Source: an uncultured bacterium
GTDB lineage: Bacteria; Fidelibacterota; UBA2242
Reading direction: 5' to 3'
Length of the DNA: 64,000 nt
Assembly: GCA_964605705.1 (NCBI GenBank)
Contig: CAZSDW010000002.1
Span: forward strand, 64,145 to 128,144
Positions 1 to 9,665 of the stretch are shown here, piece after piece. Position 1 is the stretch's first letter. Each line of letters starts with the position of its first letter. Below the pieces are notes generated by a model. That model had not been told where the DNA came from. It searched no databases and saw only the letters and a program-made list of their open reading frames with translations. A program made the position numbers and the translations under genes.

Positions 1-545
1 CAGCAACAGGTACTGATCCTTAAATTCCGATACGTCGATTTCAAAAATTCGATAATACCATTTCTGGTCAACTACCTTTTTAATCTCAAATTGAAGTTCT
101 TTAATCAAAACTGAATGTTCCGGTGATTTAATCCGGATGCGGATAGTGCCGATCTCGATTGGAAAGCGATGGGCATCCTTGATCAGAAACAGAACCGGAA
201 TTGTCCCGGTCTCGGTCCGGTAGGGTAAATCAAAAAGGATTTCCGGTTGATTTTTAAAAAGAATGCCTTTAAAAAATGGCAGACGGTAGTGCATCTCTGC
301 ATATAGAATAACCGGGAGTAGCCCTGCCAGCGATTCCAGTATATTTTTTAAAAAATATGATCCGTCAAATCCATGTATAACAATCATGATTAAAAGATAA
401 GTGAAAAATTCTGTTATCCCCAAGTAATAAAAGAATGATTTAATGCCGCAATCATTACTGCTCAGCAGGGAAAATTTGGTTGACACTAATAACGAAGGGC
501 GCTAAATTCAACCTCACAATTATGTGATTTTTGAAGGGAGAATGT

Positions 546-1109
546 TTGGCATCGACAGCAGATATCCGTAATGGATTGGTGATAAATTTAAACGGCGAAT
601 TGGTAAAAATTATCGAGTTTCAACACGTGAAGATGGCACGCGGCGGGGCTCGAATTCGCACAAAATTCAAAAATATCCGAACCGGTCAGGTTGTCGATAA
701 TACCTTCCGGTCCGGTGAAAAAATTGATATTGTCCGGCTTGAAGCGATAGAAATGCAGTATTTATATCACGACGGCAATAATTATATTTTTATGAATAAC
801 GAAACTTACGATCAGATTCCAATCAGTGATGAATTGTTTAAGGATGCTTCACTGTATGTTAAGGAAAATGAAAACGTCAAGGTCCTGTTTCACGGGAACG
901 AAGCCGTGGATATTGAGATCCCTCCCCATGTCAATCTGGAGATTGTCGAGACCGAACCCGGTATGAAAGGCGATACCGTGACCGGGGCGAGTAAAGCCGC
1001 GGTCATGGAGACTGGCGTCACTATTCCGGTGCCGCTGTTCCTGAATGTCGGTGACAAAGTGCGAATCGACACACGCACCGGATCCTATGTTGAGCGGATA
1101 AAAGAATAA
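546..1109 (+). CDS. efp: Elongation factor P. Start likely TTG at 546 after SD AAGGGAG, giving MASTADIRNG...; the ORF track starts at 531.
   Basis: Full-length similarity to EF-P (KOW-like N-terminus, FMNNETYDQ, LEIVETEPGMKGDT motifs). The loop-tip residue at position 32 is Arg (KMARGGA), not Lys. Confidence 0.9.
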   Translation: MASTADIRNGLVINLNGELVKIIEFQHVKMARGGARIRTKFKNIRTGQVVDNTFRSGEKIDIVRLEAIEMQYLYHDGNNYIFMNNETYDQIPISDELFKDASLYVKENENVKVLFHGNEAVDIEIPPHVNLEIVETEPGMKGDTVTGASKAAVMETGVTIPVPLFLNVGDKVRIDTRTGSYVERIKE

Positions 1110-1121
1110 TAAGAGAAATAC

Positions 1122-1598
1122 ATGAAATCAAACAAGATACTCGATCTGGTGAAAATCCTTGAATCTCATGATATCAGTGAGATTGAGGTCTCGCGCTGGG
1201 GACAGAAAATCAGAATTACCAAAAATATAAACAATAGTTCTGATGTCATTCCGGTTCCCCAGGCGCCTCAAATAAAAAACGTCAATCCTCAGTTTGTCGA
1301 AGTTGCCGGAATTTCCGAGGAACATATCGAGGGAAATGGAGAATCCCTCCCCGGCGGAGTCGAGATCAAATCGCCGCTGGTCGGGACATTTTACCAGGCG
1401 CCGGCGCCGGACGCAGAGCCGTATGTGAAAATTGGAGATCACATTACCGTGGGACAGCCGCTGTGTATTATAGAGGCAATGAAGATCATGAATGTGATCG
1501 AATCGGAAGTTATCGGGAAGCTGGTTAAAATCCAGGCAAGTAATGCCCAGTCGATTGAATATAATCAGACTTTGTTTATTGTTGAGCCTGCTAGTTAA
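1122..1598 (+). CDS. accB: Biotin carboxyl carrier protein of acetyl-CoA carboxylase
   Basis: C-terminal biotinyl domain with EAMKIMN motif; directly upstream of accC. Confidence 0.9.
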   Translation: MKSNKILDLVKILESHDISEIEVSRWGQKIRITKNINNSSDVIPVPQAPQIKNVNPQFVEVAGISEEHIEGNGESLPGGVEIKSPLVGTFYQAPAPDAEPYVKIGDHITVGQPLCIIEAMKIMNVIESEVIGKLVKIQASNAQSIEYNQTLFIVEPAS

Positions 1599-1627
1599 TG
1601 TCTAATTTGTAAGAATACAGTACCATC

Positions 1628-2971
1628 TTGATTGAAAAAATTCTAATTGCCAACAGGGGCGAAATTGCATTAAGAATTATCCGGGCATGTAAAGAGCTCG
1701 GTATTTCCACCGTTGCGGTATATTCGACGGCTGATTCATTATCGTTGCATGTCCGCTTTGCTGATGAGGCGGTCTGTATCGGACCGGCAAATAGTCAAAG
1801 CAGCTACCTGAAACAATCCCAGATTATCAGTGCTGCCGAGGTCACCAATTCCGATGCCATTCATCCGGGTTATGGATTTCTGGCAGAAAATCCGGATTTT
1901 GCCCAGATGTGCCTCGATAATGAGATCCTGTTTATTGGACCATCACCCAATGTGATCAAACGTATGGGAGATAAAGCCGAAGCCCGGGCAACTATGCTGA
2001 AAGCCGGGGTTCCGGTTATTCCCGGCAGTGAAGATGTCATTGGGGATTTAAAAACAGCCATTAAGGTCGCCAGTGATTTGGGTTATCCGGTGATGCTGAA
2101 AGCAGTAGCCGGTGGCGGTGGGCGCGGCATGCGAATTGTGCGTGAACCCGCCCAGCTGGAAGAGGCTTTTTCCTCTGCCCGTGAGGAAGCCAGGACTGCC
2201 TTCGGGAATCCGGCGATGTATATGGAAAAACTCATCGAAAAAGCGCGCCATATTGAAGTTCAGATTATGGGTGATAATTTTGGCGATGTCGCCTATCTGG
2301 GTGAACGGGAGTGTTCGATTCAGCGACGGCATCAGAAACTTATTGAAGAATCACCATCCCCGGCGGTAAATGAGGAGCTGCGGGAAAAATTCGGGAAAAT
2401 CGCGGTCCGGGCAGCCAAAGCGGTCAAATATTCCGGGGCTGGTACGGTTGAATTTTTGCTGGATAAGCACCGTAATATTTACTTTATGGAAATGAACACC
2501 CGGATTCAGGTCGAGCATCCCGTGACGGAAATGGTTACCGGTTTTGATTTATTGAAAGAGCAGATAAACTTGGCAAATAACCTGCGTCTGCCGAAGTGGT
2601 TGAAAAAATTCAAGCTGCGGGGTCATGCCATCGAATGTCGGATCAATGCCGAAGATCCCTATAAAAATTTCATGCCCTCACCGGGCAAAATTCAGGCATT
2701 TCATGTCCCCGGTGGACCGGGAACCCGGATGGATACCCATGTCTATGCCGGTTATGAAATTCCGTCGAATTATGATTCTCTCCTGGGAAAATTGATTACC
2801 CATGGTAAAAACCGGGAGGAAGCGATTGCCCGAATGGAACGGGCGTTGGAGGAGACAATTATCGAAGGAGTCTCAACTTCGATACCCTTTCATCAGGCGA
2901 TTTTGAAAGACCCGGCATTTCGGGCGGGTGATATTCATATTGATTTCTTGAAAGATTTTAAATTTCAATAA
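1628..2971 (+). CDS. accC: Biotin carboxylase subunit of acetyl-CoA carboxylase (TTG start)
   Basis: ATP-grasp biotin carboxylase hallmarks ([35 protein letters not shown]). Confidence 0.93.
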   Translation: MIEKILIANRGEIALRIIRACKELGISTVAVYSTADSLSLHVRFADEAVCIGPANSQSSYLKQSQIISAAEVTNSDAIHPGYGFLAENPDFAQMCLDNEILFIGPSPNVIKRMGDKAEARATMLKAGVPVIPGSEDVIGDLKTAIKVASDLGYPVMLKAVAGGGGRGMRIVREPAQLEEAFSSAREEARTAFGNPAMYMEKLIEKARHIEVQIMGDNFGDVAYLGERECSIQRRHQKLIEESPSPAVNEELREKFGKIAVRAAKAVKYSGAGTVEFLLDKHRNIYFMEMNTRIQVEHPVTEMVTGFDLLKEQINLANNLRLPKWLKKFKLRGHAIECRINAEDPYKNFMPSPGKIQAFHVPGGPGTRMDTHVYAGYEIPSNYDSLLGKLITHGKNREEAIARMERALEETIIEGVSTSIPFHQAILKDPAFRAGDIHIDFLKDFKFQ

Positions 2972-2996
2972 TTTATTATATCGAGGAGGAGCGTTG

Positions 2997-3371
2997 ATGA
3001 ACGTACCTGGAAATTTAAAGTACACAAATGATCATGAATGGGCACTGGTAGCAGACGGGATTGCCACGGTCGGAATTACCGAATATGCTGCCGGTGAATT
3101 GGGAGATGTCGTCTATGTTGAACTGCCTGGTGTTGGTGATACTGCCACCAAAGGCGATTCAATCGGGACCATTGAAGCGGTGAAGACAGTTGCCGATCTT
3201 TACAGCCCGGTATCCGGTGAAATTATTGAGGTAAATGAGGCACTGAACGACCGTTCCGAATTGATCAACAGCGATCCTTTTGGCGATGGCTGGATTGTTA
3301 AAATAAAACTTTCTGATCTAAGTGAACTTGATGATTTGTTAAGCCCGGAAAATTATAAGAAACTCGTATAA
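2997..3371 (+). CDS. gcvH: Glycine cleavage system H protein
   Basis: LKYTNDHEW N-terminus and lipoyl-lysine region EAVKTV. Confidence 0.9.
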   Translation: MNVPGNLKYTNDHEWALVADGIATVGITEYAAGELGDVVYVELPGVGDTATKGDSIGTIEAVKTVADLYSPVSGEIIEVNEALNDRSELINSDPFGDGWIVKIKLSDLSELDDLLSPENYKKLV

Positions 3372-3376
3372 AATAA

Positions 3377-4717
3377 ATGCATTATATTCCTAATACCGAG
3401 GAGATCGAAAGAGAACTCCTGAAAGCAATCGGCGTTGAACGCTTTGAAGATTTAATTCAGAATATCCCGGATAATTTTCTGAAGAAATGCCGTATTAACT
3501 TGCCGGTGCCATTGTCTGAACTGGAAGCCAGTCAGAAACTGGGCGAAATGGCGGGGCGGAATGGTCATACGGACAATCTGGTGTCATTTCTGGGCGGCGG
3601 CAGCTACGACCATTTCATTCCGGCGGCGGTGGATTTTCTGATCAGCCGATCGGAATTTTATACTGCTTACACCCCTTATCAACCGGAAGTAGCCCAGGGA
3701 ACATTGCAGTCGATTTATGAATACCAGTCGCTGATCTGTTATCTCATGGATATGGAAGTTGCCAATGCCTCGATGTACGATGGGGCGACCGCCCTGGCAG
3801 AAGCGGCAATCATGGCGGTCAATAAGACCCGCCGGAACAAGATCCTTGTCTCGCCGCTGATTAATGCAAATTCTCTGAAAGTGCTGGAAACCTACCTCTT
3901 GACCAAAGAGATAACGCTTGAATATCTGCCGGATGCAGATGGTCTGACCAATTTTTCGAATTTGGATGTCCTTCTGGATGATCAGACAGCAGGGCTGCTG
4001 GTGCAATCGCCCAACTTTTTCGGGTGTATCGAGAACCTGAATGGAATTGCCGGAAAACTGCACGAAAATAATTCCTTACTGATTGTCTCGGTCAATCCGA
4101 TCGCTGTGGCACTTTTAAAAACGCCGGGTGAACTGGATGCCGATATCGCCGTGGCAGAGGGACAGGCGTTGGGAATCCATCAGTCTTTTGGTGGTCCCTA
4201 CCTGGGGATTTTTACCGCAAAAAAATCACTCATTCGAAATATGCCGGGCAGAATAGTCGGAGAAACAGTTGACCTCGATGGCAAACGGGGGTATGTCCTG
4301 GTACTTCAGACCCGGGAGCAGCATATCCGTCGTGAAAAAGCCACTTCAAATATTTGTACAAATCAGGGTTTAATGGCACTGGCAGCCACTATTTATCTGT
4401 CTTTACTGGGTAAACAGGGCTTGAAACAGGTTGCTAAACTTTGTTTGAGAAATGCTCATGATTTGGCAGAAAAAATTTCGGCATTACCAAATTTTTCACT
4501 AACTTTTCCCACATCACCGTTTTTCAATGAATTTGTCGTTGATACACCGGTGCCGGCAAATGAAATAATCGAATCTGCATTGAAGCAGCAGATATTTGCA
4601 GGAATTGATTTGGCAAGATTCAATTCTAAGTGGGGAAAAAGGATGTTGATTGCGGTCACAGAAAAACGCAGTCAGCAAGAAATAGATGACTTTATCAAAT
4701 TTTTAATTAAATTTTGA
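3377..4717 (+). CDS. gcvPA: Glycine dehydrogenase (decarboxylating) subunit 1
   Basis: 446 aa with conserved TAYTPYQPEVAQG and GGPY regions of the P-protein N-terminal subunit. No gcvPB follows. Confidence 0.88.
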   Translation: MHYIPNTEEIERELLKAIGVERFEDLIQNIPDNFLKKCRINLPVPLSELEASQKLGEMAGRNGHTDNLVSFLGGGSYDHFIPAAVDFLISRSEFYTAYTPYQPEVAQGTLQSIYEYQSLICYLMDMEVANASMYDGATALAEAAIMAVNKTRRNKILVSPLINANSLKVLETYLLTKEITLEYLPDADGLTNFSNLDVLLDDQTAGLLVQSPNFFGCIENLNGIAGKLHENNSLLIVSVNPIAVALLKTPGELDADIAVAEGQALGIHQSFGGPYLGIFTAKKSLIRNMPGRIVGETVDLDGKRGYVLVLQTREQHIRREKATSNICTNQGLMALAATIYLSLLGKQGLKQVAKLCLRNAHDLAEKISALPNFSLTFPTSPFFNEFVVDTPVPANEIIESALKQQIFAGIDLARFNSKWGKRMLIAVTEKRSQQEIDDFIKFLIKF

Positions 4718-4721
4718 GCGT

Positions 4722-5474
4722 ATGAAAATTGTCGATAGTTTAAGTGCCATTGCACAAAGAAGGGGCGGTGCCTATTTTGTTCTGATCGATCCGGATACCC
4801 GGAAAGGTGCGGAATTAAAAGATTTTGTCCGGGAAATCTGTCATCAGGGTGCTGATGCAATTCTGGTTGGCGGCAGCCTGATTATCGATATGGATTTTCA
4901 GAATTCCATGAAAATTGTCAAAGAAAACAGTAGCCTGCCCATTATCATATTCCCGGGTTCTGTACAGCAACTGTCCTATGACGCCGACGCTATCCTTTAT
5001 CTGTCACTGATTAGTGGACGCAATCCCAACTACCTGTTCGGTGAACATGTAATCGCCGCGCCTTTCATCAAAAAGATGGGAATTGAACCGATATCGACGG
5101 GTTATATGCTGTTTGAATCGGGTAGTATGACGACGGCTGAGTTTATGAGCAATACGAAACCGTTACCAATCAACAAACCCGAAATTGCGATGGCGCATGC
5201 TTTGGCTGCTCAGTATTTTGGGATGAGTGTTATATATATGGAAGCGGGCAGTGGTGCCAAGCATTCGATTCCCAGCCCGGTCGTCAAAGCGGTCTCCGGC
5301 TATGTTGATATTCCTGTAATCGTAGGGGGCGGTATTCGAACTCCTGAAGACGCCCGCTCAAAGATAGAAGCGGGAGCAAGCTTCATCGTCACTGGCAATA
5401 TCTACGATAATTCCGAAAATATCAAACTCATCAGTGAATTCTCCCGGGCAATTCATATCAAAGAACAATCTTAA
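4722..5474 (+). CDS. Geranylgeranylglyceryl/heptaprenylglyceryl phosphate synthase family protein (PcrB/GGGPS, glycerol-1-phosphate prenyltransferase)
   Basis: TIM-barrel family blocks match B. subtilis PcrB from memory: VLIDPD, DAILVGGS, YMEAGSG, IVGGGIRTPEDA, FIVTGNIYDN. Confidence 0.75.
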   Translation: MKIVDSLSAIAQRRGGAYFVLIDPDTRKGAELKDFVREICHQGADAILVGGSLIIDMDFQNSMKIVKENSSLPIIIFPGSVQQLSYDADAILYLSLISGRNPNYLFGEHVIAAPFIKKMGIEPISTGYMLFESGSMTTAEFMSNTKPLPINKPEIAMAHALAAQYFGMSVIYMEAGSGAKHSIPSPVVKAVSGYVDIPVIVGGGIRTPEDARSKIEAGASFIVTGNIYDNSENIKLISEFSRAIHIKEQS

Positions 5475-6073
5475 TGAATGTTATCACTGGCAAAGATGCT
5501 TTATTGTTGGATATAAAGCAACAACTTCGCGAGAGTGCCGAAGTCAAGGAAATGCTGGCATCGGATTATACTGACATTATCTGGCAAGGTTCGGAAATAC
5601 TGGTCAATGCGATTCGAAACGGATCGCAAATCTTGTTTTGTGGAAATGGCGGCAGCGCTGCAGATGCTCAGCATCTTGTTGCCGAATTGGTGTCCCGGTT
5701 GCGTTTTGAGCGTCGGGCAATTCCGGCAATGGCATTGACCGTAAATACCTCGATCCTGACCGCGATTGCCAATGATTATGACCATTCCAGTGTCTTTGTC
5801 CGACAGTTGGAAGCCTTTGCCCATAAGGGTGATGTGCTGGTTGGAATCAGTACCAGTGGTAATTCTGAAAATGTGATCAAAGCGCTTCAATATGCCAAGG
5901 ATCATAAAATAACGACAATCGCATTGACCGGTGGAAGCGGCGGGAAAATGGCAGAACTGGCTGATTTCAGTATCATCGTTCCTTCGGAAAATGTCCAGCG
6001 GATTCAGGAAGCCCATATAACCATTGGTCATATTTTGTGTGATATTCTGGAACAATCGGTCATTAACCAGTAA
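5474..6073 (+). CDS. SIS-domain protein, probable D-sedoheptulose-7-phosphate isomerase (GmhA/DiaA family)
   Basis: 199 aa; single SIS domain with CGNGGSAADAQH and GISTSGNS motifs. Confidence 0.75.
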   Translation: MNVITGKDALLLDIKQQLRESAEVKEMLASDYTDIIWQGSEILVNAIRNGSQILFCGNGGSAADAQHLVAELVSRLRFERRAIPAMALTVNTSILTAIANDYDHSSVFVRQLEAFAHKGDVLVGISTSGNSENVIKALQYAKDHKITTIALTGGSGGKMAELADFSIIVPSENVQRIQEAHITIGHILCDILEQSVINQ

Positions 6074-6091
6074 CGATCCCCGATACCGTGA

Positions 6092-6985
6092 ATGCAACAT
6101 TTAGTCCGAGATTTTATAAATTACCTGAAAATAGAACGCAATCTGTCCGGAAATACTATCGATGCGTATCGTAATGATCTGGAGCGCTACTGCCAGTTTC
6201 TGCAAGAGCATGATATCAAGCGTCCCGATCAGATAGATATCAAAATTATACAAAATTTTATCAGTACCCTGGCGGAAGTTGGATTGGTAGCCAGCAGCCT
6301 GTCCCGGAACTTTTCGTCAATTCGCTCCTTCCATAGGTTTATGGTTGGAGAAAATATTATTAAGACGAATCCGACAGAGCTTATCCAATCACCGCGATTA
6401 CCGGCGAGATTGCCGAAAATCCTGGACCTGCATGAAATCGAAGCGATTATGGAAGCAATAGATACCGATACCAACAAGGGTATTCGGGACCGTGCTATTA
6501 TCGAAACACTGTATTCGACGGGAATCCGTATTTCTGAACTGATCTCATTACCCATGCAGAGTATTTTTTTCCAGCATAAAGTCATCCGGGTTTTTGGCAA
6601 GGGTTCGAAAGAACGGATTGTTCCTTTTGGCGAACGGGCGCATAAATATCTGAAGAATTATATTTCCGCGGTGCGATCCCTGCTGGTGCGGGCGGGGCAA
6701 AGTGGTGATATACTGTTTTTGAATATGCGTGGTGCGCCGCTGTCCCGGATGGGTGTCTGGAAAATTATCCAGGTTTATGTAAAACTCGCCGGAATCAAAA
6801 AACAGGTCAGTCCGCATGTGTTTCGGCACTCCTTTGCGACACATTTGCTTGAAGGAGGCGCCAACCTGAGAGCGGTCCAGGAAATGTTAGGACATTCCAA
6901 TATTACGACAACCCAGATCTATACTCATCTTGACCGGGAGTACCTGATCGAGCAACATCGAACTTTTCATCCGAGGTGGCAATGA
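6092..6985 (+). CDS. Tyrosine site-specific recombinase XerC/XerD
   Basis: Phage-integrase fold with R...HxxR...Y catalytic residues (RHSFATHLLEGGANLRAVQEMLGHSNITTTQIYTHL). Confidence 0.85.
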   Translation: MQHLVRDFINYLKIERNLSGNTIDAYRNDLERYCQFLQEHDIKRPDQIDIKIIQNFISTLAEVGLVASSLSRNFSSIRSFHRFMVGENIIKTNPTELIQSPRLPARLPKILDLHEIEAIMEAIDTDTNKGIRDRAIIETLYSTGIRISELISLPMQSIFFQHKVIRVFGKGSKERIVPFGERAHKYLKNYISAVRSLLVRAGQSGDILFLNMRGAPLSRMGVWKIIQVYVKLAGIKKQVSPHVFRHSFATHLLEGGANLRAVQEMLGHSNITTTQIYTHLDREYLIEQHRTFHPRWQ

Positions 6986-7617
6986 ACCTGCAAGTCCTGA
7001 TTTTACTGGCGCCCCCAATTCTGCTGGCGTTGACCTTTCATGAATTCTCGCACGGCTGGGCAGCTTATAAATTGGGTGATCCGACTGCGAAAATGGCAGG
7101 ACGGCTGTCCATGAATCCTTTAGTTCATCTGGATCCTTTTGGGACGATCATGATTTTTCTGGTACGCTTTGGCTGGGCGAAACCGGTACCCGTCAATCCC
7201 AGCTATTTCAGACAACCCAAGCGAGACATGCTGCTGGTATCCCTGGCAGGTCCGGGCGCTAATATGCTATTGGCTTTTATCAGCGGATTACTTTTTCGGG
7301 CATTTCATGCAGGCAGTTTTAATTTTATCCCGGTAGCGGTGCTGCAGCCGCTTTATATCATGGTGAAATTCAGCCTCCAGATCAACCTGGCTCTGGCGAT
7401 TTTCAACCTCCTTCCGGTACCTCCACTGGACGGATCCAAAATTCTTTACGGACTTCTGCCGCCACAATATGAATATATTTATGAATATCTGGAACGCTAT
7501 GGTCCATTTGCATTGATGGGATTGATTCTGTTCGGCATGCTGACCGGTATTTCAATCCTTGGTGCATTTATCTATCCTTTCGTAAATTTCTTTTCGAGAC
7601 TTTTTGGAGGAGGATAA
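6976..7617 (+). CDS. Site-2 protease family (M50-like) membrane zinc metalloprotease
   Basis: HEFSH motif in first TM region, multiple TM helices, LDGSKIL motif. Confidence 0.7.
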   Translation: MAMNLQVLILLAPPILLALTFHEFSHGWAAYKLGDPTAKMAGRLSMNPLVHLDPFGTIMIFLVRFGWAKPVPVNPSYFRQPKRDMLLVSLAGPGANMLLAFISGLLFRAFHAGSFNFIPVAVLQPLYIMVKFSLQINLALAIFNLLPVPPLDGSKILYGLLPPQYEYIYEYLERYGPFALMGLILFGMLTGISILGAFIYPFVNFFSRLFGGG

Positions 7618-7799
7618 TGGTTAAATATCAAAAGCGTGGTTTTTCGATCAGGGACAAACGCGCCGAGCGGAATAATGGTAAAATTCATTTTGAACGTTTG
7701 CGTCGAATGCCCCGAAAAATGGGTCGTCCACTGTGGTGGTTGTTCGTTTTATTGGTCGTTATTGTCGTGATTCTGCTATATTTAAACGGTGTCCGCTGA
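7617..7799 (+). CDS. Small hypothetical membrane protein (60 aa; basic N-terminus plus one TM helix)
   Basis: ORF start overlaps the M50 gene stop (ATAATGG); hydrophobic C-terminal helix; no family assignable. Confidence 0.3.
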   Translation: MVKYQKRGFSIRDKRAERNNGKIHFERLRRMPRKMGRPLWWLFVLLVVIVVILLYLNGVR

Positions 7800-7820
7800 T
7801 CCAGATAATGAGTTGATTTA

Positions 7821-9662
7821 ATGTCGAAGATAAAAATTCTTTCCGATCAACTGACAAATAAGATCGCCGCCGGCGAGGTCGTCCAGCGCCCGGCTTCACT
7901 GGTGAAGGAGCTGGTGGAAAACAGCCTGGATGCCGGTGCGAGTGACATTACAGTCATTGTCAGAAGTGGCGGAAAGACCTTGTGCCAGGTCGTTGATAAT
8001 GGTGAAGGCATGGGCAAGGACGATCTCCTGCTCGCATTCGAACGCTATGCCACCAGTAAAATTGCTACGACCGAAGATTTGATGGCAATCCGAACTCTTG
8101 GTTTCCGGGGTGAAGCACTGGCGAGTATTGCCGCGGTTGCGGTTGTTTATGCAATCAGCACTGAAAAAGGTGCTGAAAGCGGTCACGAATTAAGAATCGA
8201 AGGTGGCAGCTTCCGTGAAATAAAACCGGTCGCGGCGACGCAGGGTACGAATATATGCGTTAAAAACCTGTTTTTCAATGTGCCGGCGCGGCGGAAATTT
8301 CTGAAAAGCACCGAAGTGGAATTTCGTCATATTGTCGATGTGATTCGTAAATTTTCGATGATTCATCCGCAAGTTCAATTCAATTTAATCCATAATGATA
8401 AAGAAGTATTTCGTCTCAGATCGGAGTTGTTGGCTGATCGAATTGTCAACCTCTATTCCAGTGAATACAAAGAGAATTTGATAAAAATCGATGAGACCGT
8501 AACCGGGATGAAACTTTCCGGATATATCGGGAACCTGAACCTTGTCAGAGCCCGCCGTGGTGACCAGTATTTTTATGTCAATCAACGCTTCGTTACCGAT
8601 CGCCTGATGAATTATGCGATCAGCTCAGCTTATTCGAATCTCATCAGCCGTGGTGAATATCCCTTTTACTGTCTGCATCTGCGGTTGGATCCGGGCGAAG
8701 TGGATGTCAATGTGCACCCAGCCAAAATGGAGGTGAAATTCCGTGAGCAGAACTCGGTTTATCGCTTCCTGGAAGATACGGTCAAAGCGGGATTGAAAGA
8801 AATAACCGAGGTCATCCCGGATCTTGCCCGTTTCGCACCGGAACATTATTATAAACCGATGCCGGCTCCCCAGCCCCGGGATATTCAAAAAAATATCGAA
8901 GAGGATTCTGCTCTCACACCACTTGATCAGATTGATGGTTCCGAAGGAAATTCAATCGAAAAGTCCACTATTTCACCATTATCACAAACTGAGATGCCAT
9001 TACATTTTTCACGCCGGAGGGCTAGTGAACAATGGACAGAACGAGCAAAACGCTTTGTGGAACAGGGCATTCCGGAACCCCAAACGGAATACCATTCGGA
9101 TGTACCCCTCTATCAGGTTCATAACAAATATATTATTACCCAGATTAAAAGCGGTTTGGTGATTATTGACCAGCACGTTGCCCATGAGCGGATTTTATAT
9201 GACACCGCCATGAAAGCGATGTCGGAACAATCCTGGAAAGCGCAACAACTTCTGTTTCCCCAAATTGTTGAACTGTCTGTGACGGATTTTTCATTGCTGT
9301 TGGAGGTTCTGCCATTCCTCGAGAAAATCGGTTTCAGTATTCGTGAATTTGGTAAAAACACGGTTGCCCTTGAAGCGGTTCCTGCCGGAATGACCTGGGG
9401 AAATGAATCGACCATTATCAAAGAAATTCTCGATCACTATCATGAATATGGAACCAAGGATACCAGTATTCAGTCCAGAGTGGCAGCCTCATATTCCTGC
9501 AAAGCAGCCATTAAATCCGGTGACCGGTTAACCAATGAGGAGATGCATAATCTGGTGGATAATCTCTTTGCCACCCAAAATCCATATTATTGTCCCCACG
9601 GGCGCCCGATTATCATTAACCTGACGCTGAAAGAACTGGATAAACGGTTTGAAAGGGTATAG
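7821..9662 (+). CDS. mutL: DNA mismatch repair protein MutL
   Basis: GHKL ATPase N-terminus (IAAGEVVQRPASLVKELVENSLDAGA) and C-terminal dimerisation domain. Confidence 0.93.
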   Translation: MSKIKILSDQLTNKIAAGEVVQRPASLVKELVENSLDAGASDITVIVRSGGKTLCQVVDNGEGMGKDDLLLAFERYATSKIATTEDLMAIRTLGFRGEALASIAAVAVVYAISTEKGAESGHELRIEGGSFREIKPVAATQGTNICVKNLFFNVPARRKFLKSTEVEFRHIVDVIRKFSMIHPQVQFNLIHNDKEVFRLRSELLADRIVNLYSSEYKENLIKIDETVTGMKLSGYIGNLNLVRARRGDQYFYVNQRFVTDRLMNYAISSAYSNLISRGEYPFYCLHLRLDPGEVDVNVHPAKMEVKFREQNSVYRFLEDTVKAGLKEITEVIPDLARFAPEHYYKPMPAPQPRDIQKNIEEDSALTPLDQIDGSEGNSIEKSTISPLSQTEMPLHFSRRRASEQWTERAKRFVEQGIPEPQTEYHSDVPLYQVHNKYIITQIKSGLVIIDQHVAHERILYDTAMKAMSEQSWKAQQLLFPQIVELSVTDFSLLLEVLPFLEKIGFSIREFGKNTVALEAVPAGMTWGNESTIIKEILDHYHEYGTKDTSIQSRVAASYSCKAAIKSGDRLTNEEMHNLVDNLFATQNPYYCPHGRPIIINLTLKELDKRFERV

Positions 9663-9665
9663 CGA

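Noticed and set aside
5501-6100. 199-aa antisense ORF exactly mirroring the gmhA-like gene (same length, opposite strand)
   Set aside because: The sense-strand product has clear SIS-domain motifs. The antisense frame has no recognisable features and is the usual open mirror frame of a codon-biased gene.
8824-9421. Antisense and alternative-frame ORFs within mutL (8824..9162 +, 9119..9421 -)
   Set aside because: They lie inside the well-conserved mutL reading frame with no independent support.
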